Source: Laetmonice hystrix
Taxonomy: Eukaryota
Length of the DNA: 64,000 nt
Reading direction: 5' to 3'
Assembly (NCBI GenBank): GCA_965235115.1
Contig: OZ249440.1
Span: 32,118,001 to 32,182,000, forward strand
Each line of letters starts with the position of its first letter. The stretch's first letter is position 1. Shown piece by piece: positions 26,623 to 39,192 of the stretch. The notes under the pieces are model-generated. The model was not told the DNA's origin. It was given only the letters and a program-made list of their open reading frames with translations, and did no database searches. A program made the translations under genes and the position numbers.

Positions 26623-26779
26623 TAACACTCTAGTGCCACACCGGGATACTGTGATGATGTTAGTAAGCCTAGTTTTTCCCCGCTGAGTATTTGGCCCCAA
26701 AATTGGCCTGTGAACTTTACAGGATCGCACACTATACACAATATTTTATAGTAGGTTATCTAGCAGGAACCTACAGTAA

Positions 26780-27830
26780 AACAAGCTTGTGAAGCTTATA
26801 GCCCCCACCACAAACTATGGGTTCTTGAAAAAACGATGCACACCTCCAATTGATCTTTGAAGGGCAAAGGAGATATTGTCAAATGAAACTTCGTATGTAC
26901 TTCGTCTGCATCTTAGTAAAGTTCTATGCAGTTATCAGGGGCGCCTGCAGAAATATTTTTCAGTATACGCACAGAGTTTTAAAGGTAGAGAATACACGAG
27001 GAGTTCTTAGAGCCGATTTGTTTATTTAAGCATAAAAAAAATTTTCAACAAAATTTTCCATTATGCGTATAGTGCGTATAGGCTACAGGCGCCACTGATT
27101 ATGTACAGCTTGATAGCGTTATCCGGCGTGAAGATGCACTTTGTCTGCAATAACTATGCAGTTATGTACAGAATTTCTTTAAATCCAAGATGGCCACCAA
27201 GCAGCCATTTTTAATGATATATTTGACCTGTGTCCTTCTTAGACTGTCCCTGGTTATTATGTAATGTTTCATGCAAGATTAGATGATGTTATCTTCAACT
27301 GGTTTGGAGGTCCAGGCCATTAAAATATGCATGACCTTGATTGACCTTTCAGGGTCGCTCAAGGTCATGGAAAATGACGCCAAATGAAACTTCATATATG
27401 ACTTCCTATCTGTCAATAATAATAACTATTGCCTTATCTTGCACCGTTTTCGAGATATGAGCCAAAACAGTGTTATAGGGGGGAGTAAAATATTAATATG
27501 GCCGCCATGTCGCCATATTTGCTCTGATCTGGCAATACATTGGCATATACATTGCCCCTCATATACACTTTCCTTCCACCAAATTTGCTCCAAATGTGTT
27601 TATATCCAAGATGGCCACCACGCGGCCATTTTGACTGATGTTAAAAGTATCTTTGACCTGCCTCATCCGTGGACTGTCCCGGATCATAATGTAATGTTTC
27701 ATGCAAGATTATGTCGTTATCTTCAACTGTTTTGAAGATCCAGGCTATTGAAAATATGCATGACCTTGATTGACCTTTCAAGGTCGCTCAAGGTCATCGA
27801 AAATGGCGCCAAATGAAACGTCATATATGA
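26780..27830 (+). repeat. Interspersed repeat (caagatggc / tgaccttga-rich family) with an inverted, fragmented copy at 38970-50685
   Basis: 26780-26920 is the reverse complement of 47645-47722 plus 50622-50685. 27240-27560 is the reverse complement of 38970-39190. Confidence 0.8.
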
Positions 27831-29039
27831 GAATGAATGAACACTTGACGGAATGGCCTCGTTTCATCATTGTTGAATCGGCAGAAGCTGAACGACCAAT
27901 ATCTAAGCTATCCCCTTTTGCCATACATAAAGGCATATTGGGGATAGCTGGAACAGTCAAAGATTGTAAACGTTTAAGGTCTGGCCAACTGTTGGTGGAG
28001 TGTGCCACGAAGGCCTAATCTGCCGCAGTACTCGCAGGTTACAGTATTAAGGCCTCTCGTCACCGGACGCTCAACTCCAGCAAGGGTGTTATTAGAACAA
28101 ACTCTCTTGACACCACAACTGAACAGGAGATCCTTGCTGGGTTGAGCTCAAAAGGTGTGTCGGAAATCAGAAGATTGATAGTGAAACGAGATGGTAACAA
28201 CATCAAGACACACACATATTTTCTGACATTCGACAGGCCCACTCTACCAGATGAACTCGAGATTGGCTTTCTAAAGGTAAAAGTCGATCCCTATATCCCA
28301 AATCCTCTGCGTTGCTTTAAGTGCCAGAGGTTTGGGCATGGGACCGACTTATGTAGAAATGAACAAAAATGTTCTCAGTGCGCTGAAACAGGACATGACC
28401 ATACAGGCTGTAAAAAGCCTGCTAAATGTGCCAACTGCGGGCAAGGTCATTCCACTGTTTCACGCGAGTGCTCCGTGTGGAAAAAGGAGAAGGAAATCCT
28501 AAAAGATAAAACAGAGAGAAAACCTGAGGCACGCAAATTGGTGGAGCAATACTTGCTTCCACCAACAGTTAAAACCTATGCTGCCGCTGTTAAGCCTACC
28601 ACGCGGACTTTCGCTTGTCAAACGGAGATGGTGTGGGTCAAGGGGGATAAACCTGTGACCTAGCCTGATCCTGCTGACAGCACAAATGAACCACCTAAGA
28701 AAGCCCTCTCGAGTAAGCCACCTAGAAAAGCCGCTTCAACACAGAGCCAGACAACCTCGGTTCCTGCTCCACAGGCCGGGCCGAGTACCAAAGAACCATC
28801 TCCGAAAAATGATCAACCAAGTACCAAAGAGCCATCTACCAAAGAAGATCAACCAAAAAAGAAAACAATCACACATCGGCTGCCCAAGGCAGCCTCCAAC
28901 AATAGTCCAACAAATATTACTTACAAACAAATTTCAGCATCTTCAAGATGTTGAAATGGCTGATGCTACGACTTGTCGTAGTCGCAGCCTTTCCCCCAAA
29001 ATAAAATCTAGGGGGCGTTTGCCTGTCAAACCACCGTGA
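27830..29039 (+). pseudogene. LINE ORF1 (gag-like, CCHC zinc knuckles)
   Basis: Fragments WPRFIIVES...LSPFAIHKGI, LRSGQLLVEC, PYIPNPLRCFKCQRFGH, interrupted by in-frame stops. Confidence 0.85.
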
Positions 29040-30428
29040 TGGCAGGAATTGTCGAGGTTTTAGAGCCAATTTTAATGAACTCAGACTTTTGGCAGAGAAC
29101 CTCAATCCTCTTGCCTTTTGCCTACAAGAAACATTTCTTACTGCCCGAGACAAGGTCTCATTCAAGGGCTATCAGACTTTCTTTGGTTTTGCACCAGATG
29201 GTGACCGTGCTGCTGGCGGCACTGCCATTCTGGTTCGACAAGACCTCATCCATAGCCCTGTTACAATAGACACACCATTACAAGCAATAGCCATACGCCT
29301 AACTCTGCATAAAGCCATCACTATCTGCTCAATATACATCCCCCCAAACAGTAACTTGACCAACCAGGATCTTGATGATCTAGTGGGTCAACTGCCATCC
29401 CCATATCTCCTTTTGGGAGACTTTAACGGCCACAATCCCTTATGGGGTGGCACCACAACTGATGGTAAGGGCAAGAGGATTGAAGAGTTCATGGACAATC
29501 ATGGTCTGTGCATTTTTAATGATTGTTCAAACACATACCTACATCCTGGTCATGGCACCTATACAGCCATTGACCTTGCAATAGCTGAACCGGATCTGCT
29601 GCTGGACTTCTCCTGGATGGTCTGGGACGACCTTTGCGGGATTAACCACTTTCCCACCATTCTCACATATGAAGGGCCTGACATGGGGGAAAAACAACAA
29701 AGGTGGCAAGATGTGTCTGCAGCAGCAGTTCATGGCAAGCACAACTTCGGCACCCGCATCTCAGGGCAAAGCTCCATTTTCTCAGCAGAGGCCCGGGCCC
29801 TGCTTCTTGCCCTTCAAAATATTGAAGTTTCTAATGAAAAGGACTTCTCATTTTCTCGGATTCCTTATCCTGTCTGCAACCACTCGCTAACATGAACACA
29901 GATCACCCAGTGATCGTCCAAATCTTGTCCAAGTTGGCAGTTCTTGCCAATGCAAACTTTGATATTCACTTTTGTTGGGTGCCTGGTCATGTTGGCATCC
30001 CGGGCAAACGGAGATGGTGTGGGTCAAGGGGGATAAACCTGTGACCTAGCCTGATCCTGCTGACAGCACAAATGAACCACCTAAGAAAGCCCTCTCGAGT
30101 AAGCCACCTAGAAAAGCCGCTTCAACACAGAGCCAGACAACCTCGGTTCCTGCTCCACAGGCCGGGCCGAGTACCAAAGAACCATCTCCGAAAAATGATC
30201 AACCAAACTTGTACCAAAGAGCCATCTACCAAAGAAGATCAACCAAAAAAGAAAACAATCACACATCGGCTGCCCAAGGCAGCCTCCAACAATAGTCCAA
30301 CAAATATTACTTACAAACAAATTTCAGCATCTTCAAGATGTTGAAATGGCTGATGCTACGACTTGTCGTAGTCGCAGCCTTTCCCCCAAAATAAAATCTA
30401 GGGGGCGTTTGCCTGTCAAACCACCGTG

Positions 30429-33400
30429 ATGGCAGGAATTGTCGAGGTTTTAGAGCCAATTTTAATGAACTCAGACTTTTGGCAGAGAACCTCAATCCTC
30501 TTGCCTTTTGCCTACAAGAAACATTTCTTACTGCCCGAGACAAGGTCTCATTCAAGGGCTATCAGACTTTCTTTGGTTTTGCACCAGATGGTGACCGTGC
30601 TGCTGGCGGCACTGCCATTCTGGTTCGACAAGACCTCATCCATAGCCCTGTTACAATAGACACACCATTACAAGCAATAGCCATACGCCTAACTCTGCAT
30701 AAAGCCATCACTATCTGCTCAATATACATCCCCCCAAACAGTAACTTGACCAACCAGGATCTTGATGATCTAGTGGGTCAACTGCCATCCCCATATCTCC
30801 TTTTGGGAGACTTTAACGGCCACAATCCCTTATGGGGTGGCACCACAACTGATGGTAAGGGCAAGAGGATTGAAGAGTTCATGGACAATCATGGTCTGTG
30901 CATTTTTAATGATTGTTCAAACACATACCTACATCCTGGTCATGGCACCTATACAGCCATTGACCTTGCAATAGCTGAACCGGATCTGCTGCTGGACTTC
31001 TCCTGGATGGTCTGGGACGACCTTTGCGGGAGTAACCACTTTCCCACCATTCTCACATATGAAGGGCCTGACATGGGGGAAAAACAACAAAGGTGGCAAC
31101 TTAAAAGGGCCGACTGGCACTCCTTCCAGACCCTCTGTCGGGAGGAATTCACAGCAGACAATATTGACGATCCTGAAGCAATGGAGCATTTTACCTCACT
31201 TTTGATCTCCATTGCAGACAAGACAATTCCTAAAACCTCGACCTAAACATGTCTCAAATCCATGGTTGGATGATGAATGCAAGCAAGCAATTAAAGACCG
31301 GAAAAAGGCAGAACGCCTTTTAAACAGGCATCCAACTGCAGTAAACCTTAAAGCCAAATGCAACAATCCAGCTACCTTATACCTTCCCATATGCCTTATA
31401 CAATAAAGAATAACATCAGCAATAAATGCAGGTCAATAGGTTTTACATAAACGAGAATGCCAACCTTAAACTACGAGTACCGTACCTCTAGCCGAGAAAT
31501 GAACTCGGCGCCATTTTACATCACATTATCACATGGGAGATTGATTCAGCCAATCAAAAACAGTCAGGTCACCCGGAAGTGTGACGTCGCCAGAGCCGCG
31601 AGTTTCGACCAGCTGTCAGATCGGGTGAGGATACAAGGTAGTCAGAGAGTCTAGACTGAGAGCTGCGAGTAAGATTATCCGTGTCATAGTACTAGGAGAC
31701 CGATCAGCAGGTCTAACCACACCACTGACTTGGTGCTGATCCTTCGTGAAGATATGCCTGGGTGTGCTAGCTGAACGGTAGCCCGACGCTTTGACAGTGG
31801 CAGTGCACGCCATGTCCCCGGCCGTAGACTGCCGTAGTCTGTCACTAGTACTGTCAGACTCCATCCATGACCCAACCAGTGTAGGCCTACATTTCATTCT
31901 CTAGTTGACAATTCTCCGTATAAATAATAGCTTTCAGCCACCATTTCATGCGTTGGAGGGTATTGCGACGAATTTCTGTTCGTTTAAGCGCCCGGTAAGA
32001 GATTTTTCACTACGTTGTCGATCGACCAAATTGGCATGTCTGGCCCCGTCCAACCACCAGTGCACGCCCGCCGGGAGCAAGGGAGTGCTCCCCGTTGTTG
32101 ACTTGAGACTCTTGACCACCTGACTCGGGTGTCGGGTGAGGCATGGAGCCTAGGACAGGGCACGCATGGGACATGAAGTCATGTAATCGACATGGGCCGA
32201 GATAACCATGGGCCGAGTTCACCAGTAACCATTATTGTACATAGTGTCCGTGAAGATGGTTGACCAACACAGTGATGGGGGAATGGGGTAGGCTCTAGGG
32301 ACGCCATTTTTTAAGGTCTCACGGCAGTGAATTTCGGCAAGATGGATGCAGTGAGCAAACGGGCAACTGTCAGTTTCTATCGGGGATTACTTTTAACACA
32401 CAGACTTTGTGGGAATTAGATGGTGGCAGGTAAAAGGCACTATACCATGGTTATCCATGGGCCCTATTGCTAGTGGCGGTTTCGGATCGCTTTAACAATT
32501 TTAAAATCATGAGAGCCAGGGCACGCCGTATCTGTAAAGAGAGACTACGTCTCCAGCCTGACCTCTCGTACTCCTATCAAAAAAGTCTGGAACATGATAC
32601 GGAAACTAAAGGCAAGGGAGGTAGTTCTGGAGTCCAACACTTAAAACACCAAGATACCCTACTAACCACCACAGACGAAATAACGGACAAACTGGCCGAG
32701 ACGAAATAACGAACAAACTGGCCGATACCTTTCAAACAAACTCCTCCTCCAGAAACTGCCTCCCTGAATTCCAAGCCATCCGTGCTCAGAAAGAGAAGCA
32801 AAAACTCAACTTCCACTGTGACAACAGAGAAGAGTACAACCAACTCTTCTCTCTCAAGAACTAAGATGCTCTCTTAAAAAATCACACGACACTGTAGTTG
32901 GACCTGATAAAATACATTACCAATTCTTAAAACATTTACCTGACACCACCCTTCTCATCCTTCTTCACATTTTTAACAATATTTTGACAACGGGTAATAT
33001 ACCACTTTCCTGGCAAGAAGCCATAATCATCCCCATCCCAAAACCAGGAAAAGACCATAGTGAAACTAACAATTACAGACCAATAGCCTTAACAAGTTGC
33101 TTGTGTAAAACCATGGAGAGAATGATTAATGATAGCCTCGTCTGGAAGCTGGAGTCTGAGCAACTCATCCCTGAGTTTCAGTGTGGCTTCCGGCGAGGGA
33201 GAAGTACTCTCGATCATCTCATTAGCCTCGAGACATACATCTGAGATGCTTTTATCAACCGTGAACGTGTTGTTGCCGTCTTTTTTGACCTAGAAAAGGC
33301 ATACGACACAACATGGAAGTACGGCATTTTAAAAGATTTGCATGATATCGGTTTTAGGGGGCGTTTGCCCATTTTCATATCTCAGTTTTTATCGAACAGA

Positions 33401-34760
33401 CACTTTGAAGTCACAGTAGGCACAACCCTTTCTGACTTGCATGACCATGTCTGTTACCCTTTTTAGTCTTAAGATGAACAGCATTGTTAACTCGGTTAAA
33501 ACTGGCATGCCCTGCAGCCTGTTCGTTGATGACTTTAACGTCTGCTGCAGAGGCAAAAACATGAATGCCATTGAAAGACAACTCCAACTTTGTCTGAATA
33601 GAATCCATACTTCGTCGGTGGAAAATGGTTTTAAGTTTTCAAAATCTAAAACGGTATGCATGCACTTTTGCAAGCTGCGTGCTTTCCATCCTGACCCCGA
33701 GTTGACAATGGACAAAGAGACAAAGTTTCTAGGTCTCACTTTTGACAGCAAGCTGTCTTTTATTACTCACATTCAATCGCTCAAATCCAGATGCCTCAAG
33801 GCTCTGGATATTCTCAAGGTTTTATCTGGCACAAACTGGGGGGCAGACAGTACAGTCCTTTTACAACTGTACAGAGCTTTAATCCGGTCGAAGCTCGATT
33901 ATGGCAGCATAGTTTACGGTTCTGCTTGTAAGTCTTACATCCGGCTTTTGGACACGGTTCACCACCAGGGTTTGCGGCTTTCACTTGGGGCTTTTAGAAC
34001 GTCTCCTGTTCAGAGCCTCTATGTGGAGGCCAGAGAGCCCTCGCTTTACAACAGGCGTCTGAAGCTGGCTCTGCAGTATGCAGTCAAGCTCAGGACAAAC
34101 GGTTCAAATGCAGCTTACAATTGCGTTTTTCACCCTCAGTTCCAACATTTATATGAAAGAAAGAAAACGTACATACGTCCTTTTGGACTGAGGGTGAAAC
34201 CTCATCTAGAGGAACTGGATGTTGATCTGAACGTCCTGGGGCAGACACACTTTTGCAATATCCCTCTTTGGGACCTGGAAAAGCCTGATGTCATTCTTCA
34301 GTTGGCTCAACTGAAGAAGTCAGAGACTCATCCCCTGACATATTTCGAACATTTTCTTGACGTCCAGGCAAAGTATCCCTCACATTATGCCTTCTATACT
34401 GATGGCTCAAAGGATGGCAATGATGTGTCTGCAGCAGCAGTTCATGGCAAGCACAACTTCGGCACCCGCATCTCAGGGCAAAGCTCCATTTTCTCAGCAG
34501 AGGCCCGGGCCCTGCTTCTTGCCCTTCAAAATATTGAAGTTTCTAATGAAAAGGACTTCTCATTTTCTCGGATTCCTTATCCTGTCTGCAACCACTCGCT
34601 AACATGAACACAGATCACCCAGTGATCGTCCAAATCTTGTCCAAGTTGGCAGTTCTTGCCAATGCAAACTTTGATATTCACTTTTGTTGGGTGCCTGGTC
34701 ATGTTGGCATCCCGGGCAATGAGCAAGCTGACAGAACTGCCAAGAGGGCTCTTGAAACAA
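30429..34760 (+). pseudogene. LINE ORF2 (APE-RT-RNase H), fragmented
   Basis: ORF-track pieces 30479-31246, 32984-33244 and 33441-34607. Interrupted by a TTAA insertion at 31352-32491. Confidence 0.88.
31352..32491. mobile_element. Non-autonomous TTAA-targeting insertion (Kolobok-like termini) in LINE ORF2
   Basis: TTAA at 31348-31351 and 32492-32495 with AGC...GCT ends. Removing it restores the reading VNLNNFKIMRARARR. TIRs are poor. Confidence 0.65.
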
Positions 34761-34998
34761 TGTCAGACCAGGAGTGATTTTAGAGTTTTTGTCAGAAGCT
34801 GGACTTCTGACTCTTTTATAGTTCAGGCTCGTCGATAGCCCGGTTGGGCTGACAGGATGGAGTGTGTTTTAATGATATTCCCGTTGGGGCCCGGGATGAA
34901 ATAGGTTCCTTTCATTTCATGGTCTTTTAACCCTGTTTTCGCCATGAAGATGGCCCCTGATGCCGACACGGCGGAAGACCACCACTACTCACTCACTC

Positions 34999-36940
34999 TC
35001 TGATAAGGACTATAAGCAATATCTAGCCAAATTAAATACAAGAGACTCTCCACTCTCACAAGGAAATAGTTTACATTTTGAACCAACTGACCCAGTTGAA
35101 GTCTCAAATATAATCCTTAAACCGAAACATATTAAAGGGTACAACAATCTATCTATGCATTTTATCAAGCAGATAAAAGATGAAATATGCCTTCCTGTAA
35201 GCATAATATTATACAAGTCAATAGAGGAAGGACAGTTCCCTGACGCTCTCAAAATAGCTAAAATAATTTCAGTATATAAATCCAAAGAAAAAAAACAAAA
35301 TTGAGAATTATAGACTCATCTCAATACTACCTCCAATATCAAAGGTCATAGAAAAGGTAATACACAAGACTTTACAGTTATATAAAAAAACAAATTATAC
35401 AAGAGCCAATATGGTTTCAGACCAAAGCATTCGACAGCTCAAGCCGTAGCGGAATTTAATATGGACGTCCCAGATGCATTCGAGAAAAAACTAAATTGCT
35501 TATCAACATTTCTTGACCTATCCAAGGCTTTTAACACTATAGACCATGACATTTATAAAGCTACATTTTTATGGAATAAGGGGCCTTGCGCATGAATGGT
35601 TTAATAGTTCTAAGCAATAGGAAACAATATGTTAAATATGGAGATTCACACTCTGAATTGAACATCGCATGTGAAGTTACCACAAGGCTCTGTCCTCGGA
35701 CCGCTGCTCTTCATTGTCTATAAAAATAACCTTGCCAAATGTTTAAACTACTCAAATGCCATACTGTTTGCTGATGATACTAGCCTATATAATCTCAGCA
35801 GACAAAGTAGTCTTATACAGATACATGAATGAAGACCTAGATATACATGTATTAAATGACTGGTTTAAAGCAAACAAGCTTTAAATACTTAATCTTTAAA
35901 TGTAAATAAAACAGTATGTATGTTTTTCAGCAACAATGTAAAAATAGATGAAGAAACATGTAAACGTAAAATAGGCGGGACCGAGATAAAAGAAGTGGAT
36001 CACTTTAAGTTCCTAGGATTAATAATAGACAGTAAACTTAAGTGGAAATAACACATTGAATATCTAGCTATCTAGCTTGAATATCAAAATATCTAGCTCT
36101 CTTTATATCCTGAACCAAGTGAAACATGTAGCCTATTGCCTACTAAACAATTACTTACGCTATACACCACAGTCATACAACCATACATAGAATATGGCAT
36201 AGCACTTTGGGGTGGGACATACCAAACATATACTAGGAAACTGGCAATCTTTCAAAAGAAGATGTCAGATGTGTAAATGGGTCTAAATCCAATGAACACA
36301 CCAACCCCAATTACATCATCTCGTTTCACTGAACTCAACATACCCTGATTACAATACACGATATACCCTGATTACAATACACAATATTCAGGAGAACCCC
36401 ACTTACCTAAATACAGGTTAATGCAATCATAAAATTCCCTAATTTATCAGGCTACTAAACTATGGTATGAATTACCTGCCCTGATAAAGAACCCAAGCAG
36501 TAAGCGTATATTCAATAAAGGGCTAAAGAAACACCTCAATGATAACTTAACCACCTGACACCAGTATAAACTAACCAGAACGAGTAAACCCATATGGTAC
36601 GACGTAACATTATCACATGTCATCTCATAAAAACACGCAACATAGTAAGCAAAATTAAAACATAATGTTTTAAATGTTTATTTTTTAATTTCTTTTTTAT
36701 TTATTTATTTTTTTTATTTATTTATTTACTTTTTTTTGTTTCCTTGGGTACTGTCTCCTTACCATTTGATCAATGTGAACTTGTTAAAATATGGATGTAT
36801 GGAGAAAGAACCTCAGAAATGATAACGGCACAGCCAACTTGGCTTATATACATTATCCATAAGGAATGGCTGAACTGTAAATTATATATTCCTACACTTA
36901 CAATTGTACCCTTCCATTTCTTGAAATAATGAACTGAAAT
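34999..36940 (+). mobile_element. Old CR1/L2-group LINE 3' fragment (RT pseudogene plus 3' UTR)
   Basis: FPDALKIAKIISVYK, QYGFRPKHST, FLDLSKAFNTIDH, PQGSVLGPLLF, LFADDT, with many frameshifts. Confidence 0.85.
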
Positions 36941-37464
36941 GAACTGTCCCTTTCATGTCTGTAAAGGGGCCTTTACACAAGATGGCGACCTTTGTGCCTC
37001 CCGTGTGTGACCATAAAATTTGCCAGGTCGTCGTTGGAGGCTCAAAGGAGGCAGAATAGTTGCCTAGGTCTTTCAAAGGTGGTACACAGGAGGTTCAGAC
37101 ATCGCCATGGACGCCGTGAATTTTTGAACATGTTTAAAACAGTCGCACAAAGGTTGCTGAGGAGGTAGGTTGCTCAATGGTGGCTCAAAGGAGGCAAAAG
37201 GAAGGTACAAGCATTGCCGTGGTTGCAGAATAGAGGCACAAGCATTGCCGTGGTTGCAGAATGAAGGCACAGTGGTCGCCCAATGGTCGTTGAAGAGGTT
37301 GGTTGCCCAAAGGTGGCTCAAGGGTCACCTGGGAGGTAGAAGAATGGCTGACTGGTCGCTCAGTGATCGCCTTTGGTCGCCGATGATGGCACAGAGGAGG
37401 CTCAATGGTTGCCCAAACATTGCTCGGGGGTCGTCTATGTTGCCGTACGTTGTACAGGGTAAAC

Positions 37465-37773
37465 GAGTGAGTGAGTAGTTGGTGTTTAACGCCGAGTCAG
37501 CAGTATTTCAGGGTGAAAACAAGGTAACTAACTCAGTCGGTGAAATCCATTGGGTGATAATGATGAAATGATAGGAGGAAATCCGAAATCGGGGCGAACA
37601 CCTACTCTTATCGATAGGTGCCAAGGGATCTTTAACGTGCCCCTCCACATAGACATATTGTGACATGGCCGGCCTTTGATAAAGCAGTCGGCAGCACTGC
37701 TATGCAGGAAAGTCCGGCACGGCCATGGCTCGAACCCAGAACCTTTGCTCTAACCACTGTGCCACCCTGGACC
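37465..37773 (-). mobile_element. tRNA-derived SINE with Deu/Nin-like core and (ACTC)n tail
   Basis: On the - strand: A box tggcacagtggtt, B box ggttcgagcc, core gttaaagatcccttggcac...aagagtagg, tail ggcgttaaacaccaactactcactcac. Confidence 0.85.
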
Positions 37774-39192
37774 GCACAGAGGAAGCACAGGGGAGGCAGG
37801 CAGGTGGCTCAGTGGACGCGCAGATCGCTCGTAGATCGCCATGAAAATGCCCGAAAATTGCTTACTTACTTACTTCTGGCCAGCCCCATAAATGGCTGCG
37901 CTGCTGAAGCCAGTGATTTTGACATGGTTGTCATGTTCAACATATGACTTCTTGGAATGGGGGACATTTGTTTCCAACCACTACTCTGAAAGGTGAGTAT
38001 ATATGGAGGCCTTGCAGCGGTGATTTTTGAATGTGATTTTTGACTGACTTCTTTAATATAGCAATATAGAAGCATGATACACAGTGCCAGGGCCCAGGCC
38101 AGGCAACATGGTGAAGAGAGAGGCCAGGCGTCGTGGCTTTCTGGCCGGGTGTGTACCTCTAGTGTCTGTCAGAGTGCCACTTGGTGTGGCGAATCCCTGG
38201 GCTGATCCCTCTCTCGGCACACCCAAGACTGACTGACTGTACGACATGTCTCGGCTGTACGACGAAGGTCACCATGTTGGGGGATGGTATGGGTGGGTGG
38301 CTAGGTCGGGACCAGTGGCCTGCATGTAGAAAACCACAAACTGAAAGTCCCACGGTGCCAAAAAAGCAAAACTCCCCACTTAATTAGCCTGTACCAGACT
38401 TTACAGAGTTAGAATATCTGGTTTGCTCACAGGTGAAGAAGACTGCTTTCCCTCTACGGTAGAAAATTCAAGAAAGAAGGAAATTCATAGGTATGTTGAG
38501 AAATTAGATTAGAACTATGTGCCTGTGCGTAGGGGGGAAATTCGACTATTTACTGCTATCACTACATCCGCGATGCCGCTTTACATGACTTTGCGCAAAT
38601 TCTGGGGAAATGGCCACTTCATACATCCCAGGCCTGGTTCACCTCCGGATATGACCTAGAAACAGCCAATCAGAAGCAGCCTCGGTGTTCCAAGTGGTAG
38701 ATCCCTGTGAGCAGCGTTTCGACTGGTACCCAGCTCTCTTGGCAAGAGGCCGGGGACCAGTCCCAGTGTGTGTCATGCACACAACCCCACTTCCGTAACG
38801 GGAATTCCATATAAAAATGGTGCTGTGCTCCAACTGGATGCTTACCAGTCCTTCCACGTGAAGCTAGCATCATCGAAAATAAGGACTGGAACAGCAGAAA
38901 GAAAACGAAGAAGAGCAAGGACTGGAAGAGCAGAAATTTGAGAAAATAAAAGAGAGGCAATGTGTATGCCAATGTATTCCCAGATCAGAGCTAATATGGT
39001 GACATGGCGGCCATAGATCTATATTTTTACCCTCTCCCCAAAACGCTGTTTTGGCCCATATCTCGAAAACAGGCAAGATAAGGCGATATTTACTATTATT
39101 GACAGATAGGAAGTCATATATGAAGTTTCCTTTGGCGCCATTTACCATGACCTTGAGCATGAAACATTACACAATAACCAGGGCCAATTTAA

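Larger units (their letters stand above)
27830..34998 (+). mobile_element. I/Nimb-clade LINE, degenerate and internally rearranged
   Basis: ORF1 has three Cys/His knuckles (CFKCQRFGH...C). ORF2 has APE endonuclease (CLQET, LLGDFNGH, SNH), RT (NYRPIALTS, QCGFR, FFDLEKAYD, FVDD) and RNase H (YTDGSK, SAEARA). 3' UTR ends in (ACTC)n. Several stops and frameshifts. Confidence 0.92.
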
